Shown here: positions 52,091 through 64,000 of the stretch, piece after piece
Layout: the number at the start of each line of letters is the position of its first letter
Position numbering within the stretch: position 1 is the first letter of the stretch
DNA from: Felis catus
Lineage: Eukaryota
DNA: 64,000 nt
NCBI RefSeq assembly: GCF_018350175.1
Contig: NC_058368.1
Location: 168,022,001-168,086,000, forward strand
Reading direction: 5' to 3'
The notes under the pieces: generated by a model
Databases searched by the model: none
Told to the model about the DNA's origin: nothing
Seen by the model: the letters and a program-made list of their open reading frames with translations, nothing else
Program-made: the position numbers and the translations under genes

Positions 52091-55000
52091 CATTGATTCT
52101 TAGAGCAAACATGCAGTATGGGTCAGCTAAAGGCCTATTTTCTCAAAGAAGGGGCAGATGAAAATACTTGCTGACTTTACAAGGCACATTTTAGATCACC
52201 AGGTTTGGTTTATTCCTTAGTTCACTGAAAGACACATTTGTGGGGAAAAGAGTCATTGAGGGTCAAAGAAGAGAAGAAAACATCTCTGTGGTCAGTGAAG
52301 ACAGTATTATAAACATCACCAGACAGATTCTATTTAAAGCCACCAGAAGCCTTTAGGTATCTAAAATCCTCAAATCAATACAATTTCAATATTGTCTTTG
52401 CTTCTCTATATTGTGCTTTGTGGTGGTGGTGGTTTGGCTTGTGCCAATAGGAATAAGAAGAAAGATATCAATTGGAAATTTAAAAAGTCATTTTTGTCTA
52501 AATATAATTACAGATTTGGAAGATTCAGATATGTATGTCTTCGTAGAAGGAGCTTTCAAATTGCCTATCATCCTCACGATAGAACAAGTGAGGCAATGGT
52601 GAGACCACAGTGTCAAATTCTGATACTCAACTACAATGATGATGAATACCAAACTGCTGTCATTGTCCTGTCCAAAACACGATAGGAAGGAAAACAGTGT
52701 CGAAAAGCTGTGCAGCTCCAGGGGGTCATGCATCTTGATTCCCTTTTCAAAACTGCCATCACTGCTCCCTCCACTCATATAAGTGAGCTGCAGAGTCAGC
52801 ATAACTAATAGGACTTTGAGTTTCAAAGGTTATTGACACACATTTGTTCCCCTGGAGAAAAGGAGGTGCTTTAGTGTTAGATGATGAGAAGAGGTGCTTA
52901 AAAACATAAGAAACTAGGAAGGAGGAAATTCTGTAGCAGGCCATTTTTCCAACAACAACAAAAAAACCATCAGTATATTTTTAAAATTCTGCTTCAAACA
53001 ACTCTATGTACTAGAACTCTATGTACTATAACTAGAACTATGAACTAGAGATCACAGTTTTCAGCGTTAAAAAAAAAAAAAACTTCTTCCCTAATACCAA
53101 TTTCTTTTAATTAAATCAAACTACTAAAAAACAAGCATCAATTAAAAGTTGATTTTTAAATACGCTAATGTGGAAAATTCACTGAAACACTGAAAAATGT
53201 TTCGATAACAAGCCCACATAAGGTTTTTTAATTAGAGTTGTGAGTTTTTATGAAACAATTTGTTTTTCTGCTTTTTCTACTTATCAATTATTAAGAATTC
53301 CTCCATAACCTTCCATTAACCAGAAAATTCAATCATTGCCGTCATAACTCTGCTTTCCCTGGATTTCTCCTGTGATGAAGGTCAATGTTTTATGCTCTTC
53401 ATTTCTGGTATTGTTTCCTCTAACATTAACAGTCAGTAGTGCTACTGGGGATACCTTAGTCATTGAGCCTGGCCCAGCTTCAATATTAAAAATGCTATTA
53501 CAATAAGAAAGAAGGCTATGAAACAGATGACAAGTGAAAGGGTTAAGATACCGACAATAACTTATCACCTTATTATGCCTTGCCCTGTGGCACACGGAAA
53601 CTCGATGATAAAAACAACAGCCAAGAAAACTTCCTTTAATTCAGCACTTCTGATGGCCTGTCATGATAGCTGATTAAAATACCAAAACCAACAAGGGTCT
53701 ACAAAGCACAGTTAAAAATTATGTGAAGATCCATAGCACAATTTTTTTCAAGCACTTTAAAATTTTAATGAGATATAGATCGCACAACACTAGCTAAAGA
53801 ATGCAACTGGGATACGCCGGGGAGTACAGCTACCAATGTATAATTTCTGCAGATAATGCCAACTGTAAGGAAAATAAACTTTTCAATATGATATATAATT
53901 TCAGCAGGAACATCTGGATATTTAAATATCTGCAATATAAAAACAAGCTAAACCAAGTTCAATTATTACATTTATGTTCACAGTATGTAGAAATTCATTT
54001 CCCCATCTAGCTATTTAAATGGAATTTTCTGGTTGATGTGATTTTTAAGTAGATGTGATACCAATTGCTACTGAAAATTGCATTCCCAGAGAATTGCATC
54101 AAATAGATTGACTTAAAAATGCTCTCAAGTCTTGATTATTGTTAGCAGAAAATCTGAATTTAAGTATTTTCTTTCAACTGTAAGCAATCAATCTACCTAT
54201 ATTACCTCCTGACGGAGCACATGAGTTAAGAAAGAGAAAACCAAAAGAAAGGCTCTTTTAGCACCATCTTTTCACAAAGTCGGATTTTACCAATTTGTTC
54301 TGCAGTTGTATAGGGTGTCAGGTATTATGAAATCAATGCAATGTATTCACTAGTTGTCACTCACAGGATGACAGTATTGTAAATTAAGGGGATGCATCTT
54401 CGAGCAGGGTTGCATACATATTTCCAAGGAATCCATTTGCAGTCTGATTTATGCTCTTAAAATAGACAACCTACCACTATCTGTTGAAAAGTCTCACAGG
54501 TATGAAATTGTCTAATTGAATATCATTTTCCTTTATAATCAAAGTAGGCTCCCATTTAGCTTCAATCACTTTGCAGTTTTAACCTTAATATTTTCTAAAC
54601 AGTGAAAAGGAGTCAAAAGACTTCACGAACAGTTTTGAATAACATTACTTATTTAAATATGTCTCTACTGAGATGAAAATTACTGAGTAAAAATATGTCA
54701 TGGTAGTTACGTAACTCCTGAGAATATATCAAATAGTATTCCTTAAAGCAGTAATTCATTACCATGGTAGATGGCTAAATCTATTCTAAAGCCTGACTAG
54801 AACAAGAATTTTTCAAAATAAATGAAAATAATTACTGGCTGGTATACTCAGATCCTTTAAATTTAAAATAATGTTAAATTACCTTTTTTTTCAGAGAGGT
54901 TTTTTTTTTAACAGGCTGCTTCATAGTCTGTTATCTAAATAAACTATGTCTTTTAATCACACATACTTAATAATCTAATAAAAATGACCAGTATAAATGT

Positions 55001-57282
55001 AAGAATTTATACAAGTTCTGGTAAGTCTATATAAACAATTCTATATTTCATGATTTTGTTTATTAAAATAATATTTTAACAGAAGAAAACTTGTTTTAAA
55101 GGAAGCATAATTATATGTAAATTATTTGTATTTTTCATGTTCCCATCCAGACCGTGTCATACATTTTTATTTAACCATTTACATAATAATAAATATAACT
55201 GATTTTTGAAATGTAATTTTTATTATAGGTGAGAAAACAAACACTAAAAAGGTTTCATGACATCAAAAGTGAGACTTGGAATAGAAAATAAATGAGAAAA
55301 GGAAAATTTCTCTTTCTCTCATATACACATGTGAACTTGCCATTCTAACCTAAGAGTTGCAAACCTTAAAACTGGCAAAAAATCACACATCTCACCTAGT
55401 GGGTGGGCATGGGTAAGAAAAAAAGAAAAAATAAAAAAGTAAAAATATTCATAAATATCTGCAAGTAGTAATATAATTTGGGGAGAGGTCCTTAAAACTA
55501 CACTGAAATGATTATGTGTCAATCCTATGGATAGGATACCAAGGGCTGATATTATACACGGATTCAATCTATATGGATAAAAGAAAAAAAGGCTATCTGT
55601 TCAAGATTTTACTCCAGCTGGTTAAATTTATAAAGTCTCTTTTTCTATATGCTGCAAATTTCCCAAACCAATTCTTTTCTATTGCCGCCTTTTTAAAGGC
55701 ATATTTATCAACTTCTAGGGTTTAAAGGGTTAAAAAAATCCGTTTTAATATCCCACCTTGTTTTTTTTTTAAACTTTACATTCACTGTCGGTTGTGTTCT
55801 AACTTCATAATGAAATTTATGCACTCAAAGATGGCCACAACCACACTCGCCAGGTGTGCTGAGATTAGGATGGTTCTTACAAATTCATTAATAGCTCAAT
55901 ATTGTTATGACCTCACCTAAAAGACTGACTTCAAGTTCCAGTTCTCATTTTTCATTTATTTCTTACTTAGATTTTGTTTCTGAGAATGAAAATAGACTAA
56001 GCAATATTTTTTATTATTCCAGATTTTGCAATCTTTCTAAACCTTCAAATTTTAGAAAAACAGCAAAACTCAAGAGACATACTATCCACATAAATCTCTA
56101 TGCAATTCTTGACTCTGCTACTGAAATAAATAACGTATTTCAAGCAGGAATAGGAACAATTTTGCAGGTTTAGATCTACTCCTGTTTTATGTCTATTCTG
56201 ACACAAACTTCTTGGTTCAAGTTATTTCTGACACCAGTAAATTATTACTTCCTGGTTACATTAAAAGGTTCCTTAAGCATCTAATGAATCTTAAATAATA
56301 AATGTGTTTCCTTGACTATTCACCATTGGAAGTTCTGAATTCTATTATAAATAAATCCATGACTGTTTGGTAATAATATTTTGCTCTAAGTGTGATTTGT
56401 GAAAGATTTGCAAGCAGCCCAAGAATTCAGGTACCAAAATCACAAATGAAGAGACCCCCAGAGTCCTCATTAATAGGATGACTATAAATGATTTAAAATT
56501 GTAGTGAGGCAGATGCTTCCATAGAAAGACCACTTACATGGGCACTATTGGTTTTAATAATGAGAATCCACACCTTTGAAGGAAAATCCTAATAAAACAT
56601 TCCATTAGGAAAAAAAGTGGGAGAGAGAATATACTCCTCACAAGCTAATCACCACTGTGAATTCTCTTACATTCTCAGAGCAGCAAGAGACCATATTTTC
56701 ATCAAAATATAAATTCTTACTACAGAGGGAATTTAGAACATGGACTGGTTAGTAAGACAGAAATAATTATTACAGTATTTATTATAATTATGAATGCTAA
56801 TTATCATATAGCTATTGTAATTATGGTTCCATTATAACCTCTAGTTTTCTCTTGTAATTTCTAAAATTATCTCAATAAATGTCAAGGCTGAATTTTAGTG
56901 ATTTTTTTCATAAAATCCTTTTAGTTATTTAGAGAAATTGGCATACAAATTTACATGTACAATCATACTCAAACTAGTATTCTATTAGAAGTATAATCAT
57001 GTGTTTTCTCCAAAGAATTATTTTATATTAACTTTGACTGAAGGTAGTCCCCTTTAAGAAATGCAAAAATGTGAACAATTCACATGTAGCTCTGAAAACT
57101 CAAGTTATCTCTTATATACAGATAACAATGACCATATTAGACTAAAATCTCTGAGCTGTTATTAATGCTAAATACAAAATAATGGAAAACCCTAATTAGT
57201 TAATACACTAATATTTATGCCTATTAACAGATATTGGCCAAAGTGAACACTTTACCTAGGAATATTACTTGGGTGTGTGCTG

Positions 57283-57379
57283 TTTTTTTATGTAAACTCT
57301 ACACCCAACATGGGGCTTGGACTCACAATCCAGAAATCAAGAGTCATATGCTCTATGGTCCGAGCCAGTCAGACCTCCC
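57283..57379 (-). mobile_element. Short old Can-SINE
   Basis: Same type as 42490-42607 (ctctacacccaacatggggcttggactcaca...tcaagagtcat). Confidence 0.8.
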
Positions 57380-57911
57380 TATTTGGATGTGTTTTGTATA
57401 AATGAATAACATTTTTTTTTTGCTTTTTATAACATGTTATGTTTATAACAAATATTCAAAACTTGTATAAATAATATTTTTTTCTTTAAGAATTACTAGA
57501 AGTATTTTCTAATTGATTTGATTGGCAAATTTAAAAGTTTACATTTCAGTAGACTTTCATTCAAGTAAACCATGATCTGCAACACACCTTTACCTTCATT
57601 ATTACCTCTTCTTAACAAACATGTCATTTAACTAATAACAATCGTCTTACAGAACAAGAAGTATTCTGATTCTCAGGACAGTCTGCGTAAACATCACCAC
57701 AAACCATTTAAGCTTACTTAGCCAGATCTCACCAACACTGTAATCCCAAATGTGAATAGAACATCTCCATTTGGATATCCTGCATTAGTTTACCTCAAAC
57801 CCACCACATAAACATGGAGCCAAGAGAAAGGAATGTTATATGCATAAAGGGGTTGCCTGCAGTATTATAAGCAGTGGGAAAAACTAGAAATAAGTTTAAT
57901 AAATTATTCCT

Positions 57912-58160
57912 AGGAATACAAGCTGGTGCAGCCACTCTGGAAAACAGTTTGGAGGTTCCTCAAAAACTAAAAATAGAACTACCCTACAACCCAGCAATTG
58001 CACTACTAGGCATTTGTCCAAGGGATACAGGTGTGCTGTTTCGAAGGGACACATGCACCCCCATGTTTATAACAGTACTATCAACAACAGCCAAAGTAGG
58101 GAAAAAGCCCAAATATCTATCGATGGATGAATGGATAAAGAAGATGTGGTATATATATAT

Positions 58161-58218
<58 letters not shown>

Positions 58219-58656
58219 GGAGTATTACTTGGCAATAAAAAAGAATGAAATTGTGCCACTTGCAACTACATGGATGGAACTGGAGGGTATTATGCTAAGT
58301 GAAATTAGTCAGTCAGAGAAAGACAAAAATCATATGACTTCACTCATATGAGGACTTTAAGAGACAAAACAGATGAACATAAGGGAAGGGAAACAAAAAG
58401 AATATAAAAACAGGGAAGGGGACAAAACAGAAGAGACTCATAAATATGGAGAACAAACTGAGGGTTACTGGAGGGGTTGTGGGAGGGGGGATGGGCTAAA
58501 TGGGTAAGGGCCACCAAGGAATCTACTCCTGAAATCATTGTTGCACTATATGCTAACTAATTTGGATGTAAGTTTTAAAAAATAAATAAATAAAGCAAGT
58601 TAAAATACAAAAAATAAAATAAATATCTTCAAAAGAAAAAAAGAAAAAAATAATAA
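57912..58656 (+). mobile_element. 5'-truncated felid L1 with an internal (TA)n(CA)n microsatellite at about 58149-58215
   Basis: ORF2 tail KLKIELPYNPAIALLG. Perfect 14-bp TSD aataaattattcct at 57898-57911 and 58657-58670. Confidence 0.95.
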
Positions 58657-58879
58657 AATAAATTATTCCTTCAAAGAGGAAAATGGAAATGGTTACATAA
58701 AATGCAGTAAATATCTACTCAGAGGCACAACTGGTAGCAATCTAGTCATTAATATGATCACCCTGAAGATCCTGCAGAAACATGGAGGCAAACAGTGAAA
58801 CTGCATAAGCACTATGATTACAATTTAAAACCCACTACCAATAAAGGGATGAAAGAAGAAAACATTAAAAATTCTGAAA

Positions 58880-59088
58880 AAAATTTTAACGTTTATCTAT
58901 TTTTGAGAGAGAGAGAGAAACAAAGAGAGAGCACGAGAGAGAGAGACAGAGAAAGAGAGAATCTCAAGCAGGTTCCACACTGTCAGCACAAAGCCCGATG
59001 TGGGGTTGGAACTCACCAACTGCGAGATCATAACCTGAGCAGAAATCAAGGGTTGGATGCTTAACTGATTGACCCACCCAGGCACCCC
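58880..59088 (-). mobile_element. Can-SINE (older)
   Basis: Reverse body. aaaa(t/g)tctgaaa on both flanks. Confidence 0.9.
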
Positions 59089-59669
59089 AAAAAGTCTGAA
59101 ATTTTTAAGGTAAATTTTAACCTTCTCTCATAAACTATTTCCTCTCTGAACTATCCTCTTTCAGATTGCCCATACATCTAAAAATTTTTATATTAAGTTT
59201 AGCTTTTTCTTTGAGGGGTCACCAAATGATACTATGCCTGAAGGAAGTGGCCACCATTGAGATTTTAGTACACTGAATTTAAATATTTCCTAACAGGTTA
59301 TACATTTGAATTCTATCTGACAATTTAGTCTTATTTACTAACAGCAATAATAAGCTATTCGGAGTTACAAAAGAAATCTAAAGTTTCTATTTTGTTTTCT
59401 CCATTCATTCATTTTTTCATTCACTCATTCAGAGTACAAATGAGCAGCCCATTCTGGAGACTGAACTTTAAACCCCCCCAAGGGCAAGCCACATTGAATT
59501 CCTCATGCCAACCACAGTGTCAGGAATCCAGACAGTATACAGAGATTTGTTGGAAGAGAAGAAGAAAAAAATGGAGGGGGGAGAGGAAAGGAAGGAAAGA
59601 AGGGTGGCCTGTATGTAGCAAATCGAAAGAAGGGAAAGATAAGATAGAAGAAAGGAGTTAAAAAACATT

Positions 59670-59850
59670 TTGGCTTTGTAGTCAAACGTCTCAGCTTGGA
59701 TTCTATATCTATTCTTACCAGTTGAAAATCTTGAATGTATTTAAAATGCTCTCTTTTCCTTCCCAGTTAAAATGAGAGTCAAATGAGGTGGCATCTGTAA
59801 AAGGCTTAACAGAAGTCCAAAACATAGTAGGTGCTCAGTAATACCCTACT
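59670..59850 (+). mobile_element. MIR (degenerate)
   Basis: ggctttgtagtcaaac...tgtaaaaggcttaaca...catagtaggtgctcagtaa. Confidence 0.55.
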
Positions 59851-61697
59851 ACTACTGCCCTACTAATACCTACTAATATACTTTGAAGAATTTGTATTTT
59901 AAAATCACTTCTACTGTTCCAATACTACAAATTTAAGCATTACAAGTAAAGTGAGGCTGGACATTGGCTGTCCTTACTAGCTGTTTTGAAGATACATAAT
60001 CATTACTTAGAAAAGCCCAAAGACCTAGCTTTAATTTCTTCAAAAATGGCACAAAATAATAAAGAACAAATTTTTGATCGGTCCAATAGCAAACAACTTT
60101 AGTACTTGCTATATATGACTATAATAATCCACTGAGGGAAATTGTATGTAAGGAAAAAAAGCCCTCAAAATTTGCATTGAAAGCAAATATATGAATATAT
60201 ATGTGGTAAGAAACATAGAAAATGTACCAGGGGATCCAAAGAGTGACTCTTCTTTTTTGTTTTAAGAAATCATCCTATAATGAAAATAATCCCATCTTAA
60301 CTTTGTCTCATTTTTCAGTTTATAATTGAATATATCAAGTTTTTCTTAAACTGGGGCATACTTGTATATCTACCCGTAAGTTTTAAAATAACAGATAGAT
60401 GTAATTTCAGAAAATGACAAATAAAAAATGTAACTGCTTTTTTCCTCAAACATGTAACCAAACTGTAGCCACTCTTTCTGGGATAATAACAGAGTTCTCT
60501 TTCCAAGGAGTGTCTGGCACAGGATAGTGAAAAAAAGAAAAGCACAAAAAAAGAAAAAGAAAAAGAAAAGCACACAGTATGTGCAGAGGCACCACAGGGG
60601 ACTAACATTGTGACAACAGTAAATACTGCAAGTTCTCCAATGAAGGAGTCGATTTGAAAATCATACATATGTGTAAGACATGTGAAATATGGATGTATCC
60701 ACTGATTTCCAATCCTAATTCCAACAGCCTCCTAGCTCCCAAAGTCTCCCACAGGTTGGCAGTTTCTTCTGTAGAAATCCTCAGATCATGATTCCTTACC
60801 CTCCATTCTGCTGCATGTTAAACCTGCATTGCATGTCCTTTTCTTTCTCTTCCTTATTGACAAATAAAGCTGCTAGGAACTTAGTGAAGTGTTTAATGAG
60901 TTTGTATTTTAATAATCACAACAACATCTAAATGATTTTTTTTGTCATTCCATGTTTAGGTAGAAAATATTACTGCTATTTCTTATCATCTAAGAAAATG
61001 CTTTGCGATCAGAGAGTTAAAAAGGTTAGCAACCATCTATCTAATATAGTCTATTGTCTTTAATGGCAGCTTCAGAGTTTCATTAGAGAAGGGACGGGGG
61101 GGGGGGGGGGGTGGCGTCAATCAGATGGGAGAAGGAGCATCCACAGAAATCATCTTACCTGTGTGTTTCACATAACTGCCCCAAAGCTTTTATCTGTTCA
61201 TTCAGCATAGCTCTTAGAGGGAAAAACTGGTGGTGGTTCTGAGAAGAGCTAAGACCCCCATAAATCACTCCTTGATACAGCTCCTTCATGTTTAAAGGGG
61301 ATGGTTTCAATAAGGAGTAGGGTTGAAGGTACAAGTCAAGAGAAGCTTACTCATAGTATGCTGCTTTTGTTCCTGGTAATAGTACCCTGACATTCAAAAA
61401 GGTAAGAATTATACAAGCATCTGGATTTTGATGAGAAAATGGCCTTGGCTAACGTCACACATCCTTGAGATTCAAACCATGTTTGTAAGAGATTCAGTTC
61501 TTCACTAATGCCTTAAATACTCATCAGTAGTGAAATGAACAAATCTAGATTCTCCACTGTCGATTCTCCTTCACAATTTTTATACTCGTAAAAATTTCTT
61601 TCTATTTAAACAGTAAGGAACTTACGTTACGCATGGAATTTCGACAAAACCAGAGAAGAAAGGGGGCTAAAAGGATCTTTATCTTAATTGTGGCATC

Positions 61698-61810
61698 TGG
61701 GGGCACCTGGCTGCCTCAGTCGGTGGGGCATGCAACTCATGATCTCAGGGTCATGAGTTCAAGCCCCATGTTGGTTGTATAGATTGCTTAAAAATAACAC
61801 CTTAAAAAAT
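61698..61810 (+). mobile_element. Short old Can-SINE
   Basis: gggggcacctggctgcctcagtcggt...gatctcagggtcatgagttcaagcccc. Confidence 0.85.
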
Positions 61811-62180
61811 AATTAATTAATTAGATGATTATTTTATGAGGGAGCAGGAAAGGGGCAATGAAGTTGTAAAACAGTCACCTTATCCTCTTACAACATCTAC
61901 TTGTCAATGCCTCCAATGTAGGTCTTTGTAGGCACCTTGAGAATAAAGGGTATTTGAATCATCAATGAGCAACAATGGTTTCTGTTTCAGCATAAGTAGG
62001 ATTACTTTTGAAGAAAACATTTTGTTTTCACCTCAAAATATATGTATACATGTGTGTCGTATATATGAAAAAAAATATTGCAGATAGGTTAAACCTCTTA
62101 AATTTACCTATTTATAAACTTAACTCCAGAACTAAGTCAAACTACTACTGAATAATGTTTCTTTTTTTTTAATTAGTCAC

Positions 62181-62273
62181 TTTATTTATTTATTTATTTA
62201 TTATTTATTTATTTATTTTAATATAATTTATTGTCAAATTGGCTTGCATACAACATCCAGTGGTCATCCCAAG
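62181..62273 (-). mobile_element. L1_Fc-type 3' tip (about 50 bp) with (TTTA)n tail
   Basis: aatataatttattgtcaaattgg matches 1202-1224 and the reverse of the L1 end near 41290-41308. Confidence 0.8.
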
Positions 62274-62634
62274 TTGATTAATGCTTCTTAAATCATTCAT
62301 TTCCTCTGAATAAGTTTCATTCATTCTCACAAAAGGGAAAATGGGCTAATGTATTTTAAGCTTGCTGCATGTAAAAAAATTAAGTATTCAAACATCAAAT
62401 TCAAAACCTAAGTTATAACCACTAAGTTATAGTGATAACAAGTTTCAGTAACATGTTTCTTGGTATGCTATAATCAAGTTTAAACAATGGTATTTCTTTG
62501 GGGCTGTGGACATAACTAGTTTTTCTTGCCCATTTGAGCAATACAGAATGAAAGACTATGGCCAAAGAAGTGGCTATAAAAAGTACTGTAGCCAATCCAT
62601 GCAAACACAATTTGGTAGCACTCTGCTCACATAA

Positions 62635-62637
<3 letters not shown>

Positions 62638-62686
<49 letters not shown>
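62638..62686. repeat. (CA)n microsatellite
   Basis: Directly visible. Confidence 0.97.
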
Positions 62687-62689
<3 letters not shown>

Positions 62690-63160
62690 TATATAAAATT
62701 GATCCTTCGGGGGGAAAAAACATCGAAAATCATAATAAATTCGCAGTGTGCAGAGAGCCCAACCTAGTGAAAACTTAAGAGTGCTTGGTAATTACAGAAT
62801 TTTCTAGAAGTGACTATTATTAGGTATGTGGTCTAAACTCAGAGGGAACCTCATGTTTCTAAGTTATCCTGAAAATCTGTTTTGATTATTCTAGTTTTTC
62901 TTAATACAGCAAAAAAAGTTAATGAATCCAGGAATAATCCAGATTATTTTGAAATCCAGCTTCAATGTATTGATTACTTTAAAGCTATAACCTAAAATTT
63001 TATATATGTTACTATATAACATACATACATATACATATACATGTACTATATGTATATATATAGTAACATATACTTTAATTTCTAAGAAACTTTTCAATAA
63101 TCAGATAACATCACCCAGTTTCTTAAGCAAAGGACAAAAAGATTTAAGACCAGACCCTTC

Positions 63161-63416
63161 AGGGGGCGCCTGGGTGGCTCAGTCGGTTAAGCATCCGACT
63201 TCAGCTCAGGTCAAGACCTCACGGTTTGTGAGTTTGAGCCCCGCATCGGGCTCTGTGCTGACAGCTTGGAGCCTGCAGCCTGCTTCGGATTCCGTGTCTC
63301 CCTCTCTCTGTTCCTCCTCCACTCGCACTCTCTCTCTCGCTCTCTCGCTCTCTCTCTCTCTCTCTCCCTCCCTCTCTCTCAAAAATAAAGATTAAAAAAA
63401 AAGTAAAAAAAAAAAA
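63161..63416 (+). mobile_element. Can-SINE
   Basis: Full head, long CT region and A tail. Confidence 0.94.
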
Positions 63417-64000
63417 CAGAGTCCTCAGAAATTAGATATTAACCTTAGAATTGTAAAAGTTGCCATTAACTGGAATTTCCTAGGAGATAAATACATTGCC
63501 TCTATGATGAACATCATAATGTTAATTGTGAAATAGGGAAAAATCCTAAAATGTAACTCAGTGTACATTCAGTATGATCTCTTTTAAGTATACTTTATTT
63601 CATTCTAACTCTGTAGAAATTGGTTATCTGTGCATGATATATAGCACGTGTTGGCAACCTGAGGCTGTGGGGGGGTGGGGGGGGAGGGCACAAGGATCAG
63701 ACACTGCTCTCTCTTTGCATTACTTGGAAAAGCCCCCTCCCTGCTCTTTGCCTCCATACTGTGACATGTTGCTCCTTATCTCCCCACCACCCACATTCAC
63801 AAAATCAGAAACATCACTAATAACCTCTGTGTTTTTAAAAACTAGCATGATTGGATCACCTGCTAGTAATCAGGCATGAGAGTAAAGTGGCATTGCCACT
63901 TTTGAAAAAGCTGCTGTAGATGATAACTGCCCACTGATGAGAGTACTTAATTATCCTCCAGCTTATCACTGCCCGACAATTATCTGCTTCATAAAATGCA

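Noticed and set aside
52392..52944. Overlapping ORFs on both strands (63-112 aa)
   Set aside because: No recognisable protein similarity or convincing flanking splice sites. The region looks more like unique non-coding sequence
53000..53050. Short tandem repeats (aactctatgtacta x2 and variants) as a CRISPR-like array
   Set aside because: No unique spacers, a eukaryotic context, and consistent with ordinary slippage duplication, as at 11498-11543 and 26150-26203
16852..63395. Recurrent MAQ..LTSAQVMIS.. peptides that look like a gene family
   Set aside because: They are translations of Can-SINE bodies
1..64000. Naming the host gene, or claiming a novel biological system
   Set aside because: No coding exon, miRNA or snoRNA could be recognised from the sequence alone, so any gene name or new-system claim would be unsupported

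Overview
AT-rich, CpG-depleted mammalian genomic DNA, almost certainly from a felid: it carries about 23 carnivore tRNA-derived Can-SINEs (two of the young SINEC_Fc type) and several cat-type L1 3' ends. I find no protein-coding exon I can recognise, no RNA gene, no CpG island and no prokaryotic-type system. The ORF track is explained by decayed L1 ORF2, SINE sequence or chance. The window looks like the inside of one or more very large introns of a gene transcribed on the minus strand. Nearly all sizeable L1s and both LTRs lie on the plus strand (antisense bias), and the best splice-site pairs are on the minus strand, notably a 53-nt non-coding exon candidate at 9749-9801. I cannot name the host gene. 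The most noteworthy structures are a 5'-inverted (twin-primed) L1 with a nested SINE, microsatellites born independently at the same L1 position, CpG-retaining repeat-free blocks that may be enhancers, and a 79-bp Z-DNA/cruciform tract. Repeat subfamily names come from memory of consensus sequences and need RepeatMasker/Dfam confirmation. Boundaries of old repeats are approximate.
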